Shown here: positions 61,433 to 64,000 of the stretch, in pieces | How positions within the stretch are numbered: position 1 is the stretch's first letter | How the letters are laid out: the number at the start of each line of letters is the position of its first letter | Assembly: GCA_963666345.1 (NCBI GenBank) | Contig: OY762721.1 | Span: forward strand, 3,808,001-3,872,000 | Origin: Desulfatiglandales bacterium | GTDB taxonomy: Bacteria > Desulfobacterota > DSM-4660 > Desulfatiglandales > Desulfatiglandaceae | Direction of reading: 5' to 3' | DNA: 64,000 nucleotides | Translations under genes and position numbers: made by a program | Notes under the pieces: model-generated | What the model saw: the letters and a program-made list of their open reading frames with translations, nothing else | Databases searched by the model: none | Told to the model about the DNA's origin: nothing

Positions 61433-62428
61433 ATGACAAAAAAAATAATCAATATATTTACCTTGAGCCTCTTGTTCCTTGCGCTCTTTTCAGGCATTCA
61501 TCAGGGGGCTTACGCTGCCGAAGAAGACAAGCTTGGAACCAACGTCGCCCTTGTAAACGGGGTGCCTTTAAGCAGCAGTGATTTTGATACCCATCTTTCC
61601 GCGTATTTGACCCGCATGAAGAGGACGGGCAAGGTGGGAGGCGTTACAAACGAGCAGATCAAAAACAGGGTGCTTGATGAAATGATCAACAGGGAACTGA
61701 TCTACCAGGAAAGCCAGAGGTTGCAGGTTTCCGTGGATGAAAAGGCGATCGATAAGCAGATGGAGCAGGTGGTCGCGAGTTTTGCCGGCAGACAGGAATA
61801 TGAGCAGGCACTGGAAAAAGGCGGAATCTCGGAGCAAGCCCTTCGTGCCCAGATAGGCAAGGGAATGCTTATCGACAAGTATATAGAAAAGGAATTTGTA
61901 GAAAAGGTTGAAATCTCCGATGAGGAAACCAGGACGTATTACGATCAAAATCCGCAATTTTTCAAACAGCCCGAACAGGTAAGGGCAAGACATATCCTCA
62001 TAAAGATGGACAAAGGCGCTGACGCGGCTGAAAAAGAGGAGGCAGGTAAAAAGATCGCGGCAATAAGGGAGAGGTTGGAAAAAGGGGAGGCCTTTGAAGA
62101 TCTCGCAAAGGAAGCCTCCGCCTGCCCAAGCGGGAAAAACGGGGGAGACCTGGGATATTTTGGGAGAGGAAAAATGCTGAAGGCCTTTGAAGATGCCGCC
62201 TTCGCCCTTCAACCGGGTGAGATGAGCGACGTGGTGGAGACCGAATACGGCCTGCACATCATTAAGAGCGTGGATAAAAAGGCCGAAGGCATGGTGCCCT
62301 ATGATGAGGTGAAGGGCAATCTTGTTAAGTTCCTGACAAAGCAGGAGGTCCAGAAGAATGTCTTAGCTCGTGTGGATGAACTTAAAGCCAACGCCCAAAT
62401 TGTTCGTTCGATTGAAAAATCTGAATAA
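61433..62428 (+). CDS. SurA/PrsA-like parvulin peptidyl-prolyl isomerase
   Basis: Signal peptide, ARHILI, GGDLGYF, ETEYGLHII. Confidence 0.92.
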   Translation: MTKKIINIFTLSLLFLALFSGIHQGAYAAEEDKLGTNVALVNGVPLSSSDFDTHLSAYLTRMKRTGKVGGVTNEQIKNRVLDEMINRELIYQESQRLQVSVDEKAIDKQMEQVVASFAGRQEYEQALEKGGISEQALRAQIGKGMLIDKYIEKEFVEKVEISDEETRTYYDQNPQFFKQPEQVRARHILIKMDKGADAAEKEEAGKKIAAIRERLEKGEAFEDLAKEASACPSGKNGGDLGYFGRGKMLKAFEDAAFALQPGEMSDVVETEYGLHIIKSVDKKAEGMVPYDEVKGNLVKFLTKQEVQKNVLARVDELKANAQIVRSIEKSE

Positions 62429-62615
62429 AAAATTGGTTTTTTTGATTTGTTTTTTTGTTCAGTCGTTTTTTTTCTTGACGTATAAGAAAAAATATGTCCT
62501 ATTTCTGGCGAATATCCGATGACTCGGCTTTAATACGGGTCGGTGTTACTTCTTGTGAGTGACGACCTGACGTGGGGGACCAAATAAGGTTAACTTTAAC
62601 AAGGAGGTTGAGGCT

Positions 62616-62816
62616 TTGGAAGAAGGAACTGTAAAATGGTTTAGTGAGAGAAAGGGCTATGGTTTTATTGAGCAGGAAAGCGGTGGCGATGTTTTTGTCC
62701 ACTACTCCTCAATAAACATGTCCGGCTTCAAGACCCTCGCTGAAGGTGAAAAGGTCAGTTTTGAGGTTGAAGAGAGTGATCGTGGTCCTGTGGCAAAGAA
62801 TGTGAGTAAATCCTAG
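62616..62816 (+). CDS. Cold-shock protein
   Basis: GTVKWF, KGYGFI, DVFVHYS. TTG start follows AGGAGG. Confidence 0.95.
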   Translation: MEEGTVKWFSERKGYGFIEQESGGDVFVHYSSINMSGFKTLAEGEKVSFEVEESDRGPVAKNVSKS

Positions 62817-62837
62817 AATACACCTGAAGCAACTCTC

Positions 62838-62875
62838 AAAGGCATCCCGTCAACGGCGACTGGGTGCCTTTTTTT
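62838..62875 (+). terminator. Terminator after the cold-shock gene
   Basis: aaaggcatcc...gggtgcc followed by a T run. Confidence 0.75.
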
Positions 62876-62901
62876 GGTTGAATGATTTTGTTCAAAAATC
62901 T

Positions 62902-62930
62902 TTGACTCAAGGGCATTAGAATGTTATAGC
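62902..62930 (+). promoter_or_regulatory. Putative sigma70 promoter of the tRNA-Ser pair
   Basis: TTGACT-17 nt-TATAGC with extended TG. Confidence 0.6.
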
Positions 62931-63060
62931 TCATGGGTGTTTATTGCGGGGATGATCGGCAGGTACAGGCTTGCCACACCATGTGCCCGTATTCAGCCCG
63001 CTGAAAGACGTACGGAAAATGTACGTGAGGGCAATGCCTGAAGAATTAGATGAGCATTTC

Positions 63061-63148
63061 GGAGGGATGGCCGAGTGGTTGAAGGCGGCGGTCTTGAAAA
63101 CCGTTGTCCCGAGAGGGACCGTGGGTTCGAATCCTACTCCCTCCGCCA
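63061..63148 (+). tRNA. tRNA-Ser (TGA)
   Basis: GGAGGGA acceptor, loop ctTGAaa, long variable arm, GTTCGAATC, G discriminator, CCA. Confidence 0.97.
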
Positions 63149-63160
63149 TTCCAGGAACAC

Positions 63161-63253
63161 GGAGAGATGGCCGAGTCGGCTGAAGGCGCTCGCCTGCTAA
63201 GCGAGTGTGGGGAGAAATCTCCACCGAGGGTTCGAATCCCTCTCTCTCCGCCA
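63161..63253 (+). tRNA. tRNA-Ser (GCT)
   Basis: GGAGAGA acceptor, loop ctGCTaa, long variable arm, CCA. Confidence 0.97.
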
Positions 63254-64000
63254 TTTCAATAACTTAGCACCCCTTTTGTAACCCACCTTATCATTTACCC
63301 AATGTGTTTAGCGTAGCGGACCGTAGCGCTTTATCTTGAAGCAGTTCTACCGTGCTATGGAAATCACCCGACATTACATGCAAATATGTCTCTGTCGTTG
63401 ATACTTTTTCATGCCCGAGAAGGAACTGAATCTGTTTAATAGGGACGTCGTTTTCTAGTAAAGTTGTTGCAGCATGATGCCTCAGGGCATGGAAGCCAAA
63501 AGGTGGAACTTCAGCCTGCTTACATAAACGCTTCATCATTTGATTTAGTTGATCCAAGGAGAAATCAAAAACGTAGAGAGGGCGACCTTTAACTTTTTTC
63601 TGCCTCCTCTCCAAAATCTTCATGACGTTAGTGGTCATTGGCTTTGGCATGCACTTTAGGCCCCCACCTTTTTTCCGGGTGAAAAGGTCTACCCATCTAG
63701 TCTGGAAATTAATATCCTGCCATTTTAGATATCGTATCTCCCTGCGCCTGCCGAGAAGGTCATATATACATTCGATAAAGTCTTGCTCGTCACCTGTGGC
63801 TTGGAGCTTAACCTTCAGGATGTCCCCCTTGGGAGGAACATATTTCTGGAACTCATCCTCGGGGAATGGCTTGATGCCTTTGCAGGGGTTCCTGTAAAAG
63901 ATTATATCCTCATCGTTTGCCCAGTTGTAGAGTGCCTTAATTTCTTTCTTATCCCTATTGGCGGCACAGTTTCCTGAGATTCGTGCCCGGGCCTTTAGAT
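63254..64000. mobile_element. Left end of a probable tRNA-Ser-integrated island or prophage
   Basis: Integrase ends 37 bp after the tRNA CCA; an IHF-like site lies next to the tRNA. Confidence 0.7.
63291..64000 (-). CDS. Tyrosine recombinase/integrase (5' part outside the window)
   Basis: Frame is open from the window edge: ...ALYNWA...NPC...[16 protein letters not shown]...TRK...FHALRH...[13 protein letters not shown], giving the R-K-HxxR-H-Y catalytic set. Confidence 0.93.
   Translation of the reverse strand, partial: LKARARISGNCAANRDKKEIKALYNWANDEDIIFYRNPCKGIKPFPEDEFQKYVPPKGDILKVKLQATGDEQDFIECIYDLLGRRREIRYLKWQDINFQTRWVDLFTRKKGGGLKCMPKPMTTNVMKILERRQKKVKGRPLYVFDFSLDQLNQMMKRLCKQAEVPPFGFHALRHHAATTLLENDVPIKQIQFLLGHEKVSTTETYLHVMSGDFHSTVELLQDKALRSATLNTLGK

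Noticed and set aside
63061..63148. tRNA-Sec (selC) candidate
   Set aside because: The anticodon is TGA (Ser), not TCA, and the acceptor stem has 7 bp.
62931..63254. 107-aa and 70-aa ORFs (MAEREGFEPS...)
   Set aside because: These are translations across the two tRNA-Ser genes.
63291..63650. Truncated 119-aa integrase
   Set aside because: The frame stays open to position 64000, so the short call is a window-edge artefact.

Overview
Chromosomal window from an anaerobic bacterium, most likely Desulfobacterota/Deltaproteobacteria (inferred from long-type Fhs, sulfate-reducer-type adenylate kinase, selA and many Fe-S proteins). It is mostly housekeeping and anaerobic metabolism: proC, fhs, a four-gene 2-hydroxyacyl-CoA dehydratase/class I benzoyl-CoA reductase-like cluster, an oxidoreductase/acyl-CoA ligase/thiolase operon, uvrB, ispF, gmhA, HU, selA, tRNA-His, a stand-alone glutamate synthase FMN domain, adk-apgM-hom, tgt, tkt, copAZ, a 2-oxoacid:ferredoxin oxidoreductase operon, def-fmt-rsmB-rpe and two tRNA-Ser genes. 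A tyrosine integrase at the right edge marks the start of an island. The most interesting signals are mostly non-coding: (1) a ~290-bp dispersed, circularly permuted, structured repeat in three intergenic regions; (2) a decayed four-helix-bundle gene flanked by inverted octamer arrays, with orphan copies of its ends elsewhere; (3) a clear ANTAR dual-hairpin antiterminator leader upstream of glutamate synthase; (4) a Qng1/DUF2419 gene coupled to an atypical TGT, suggesting queuine salvage. No CRISPR array or rRNA was seen. All calls come from reading the sequence by eye; no searches were run.
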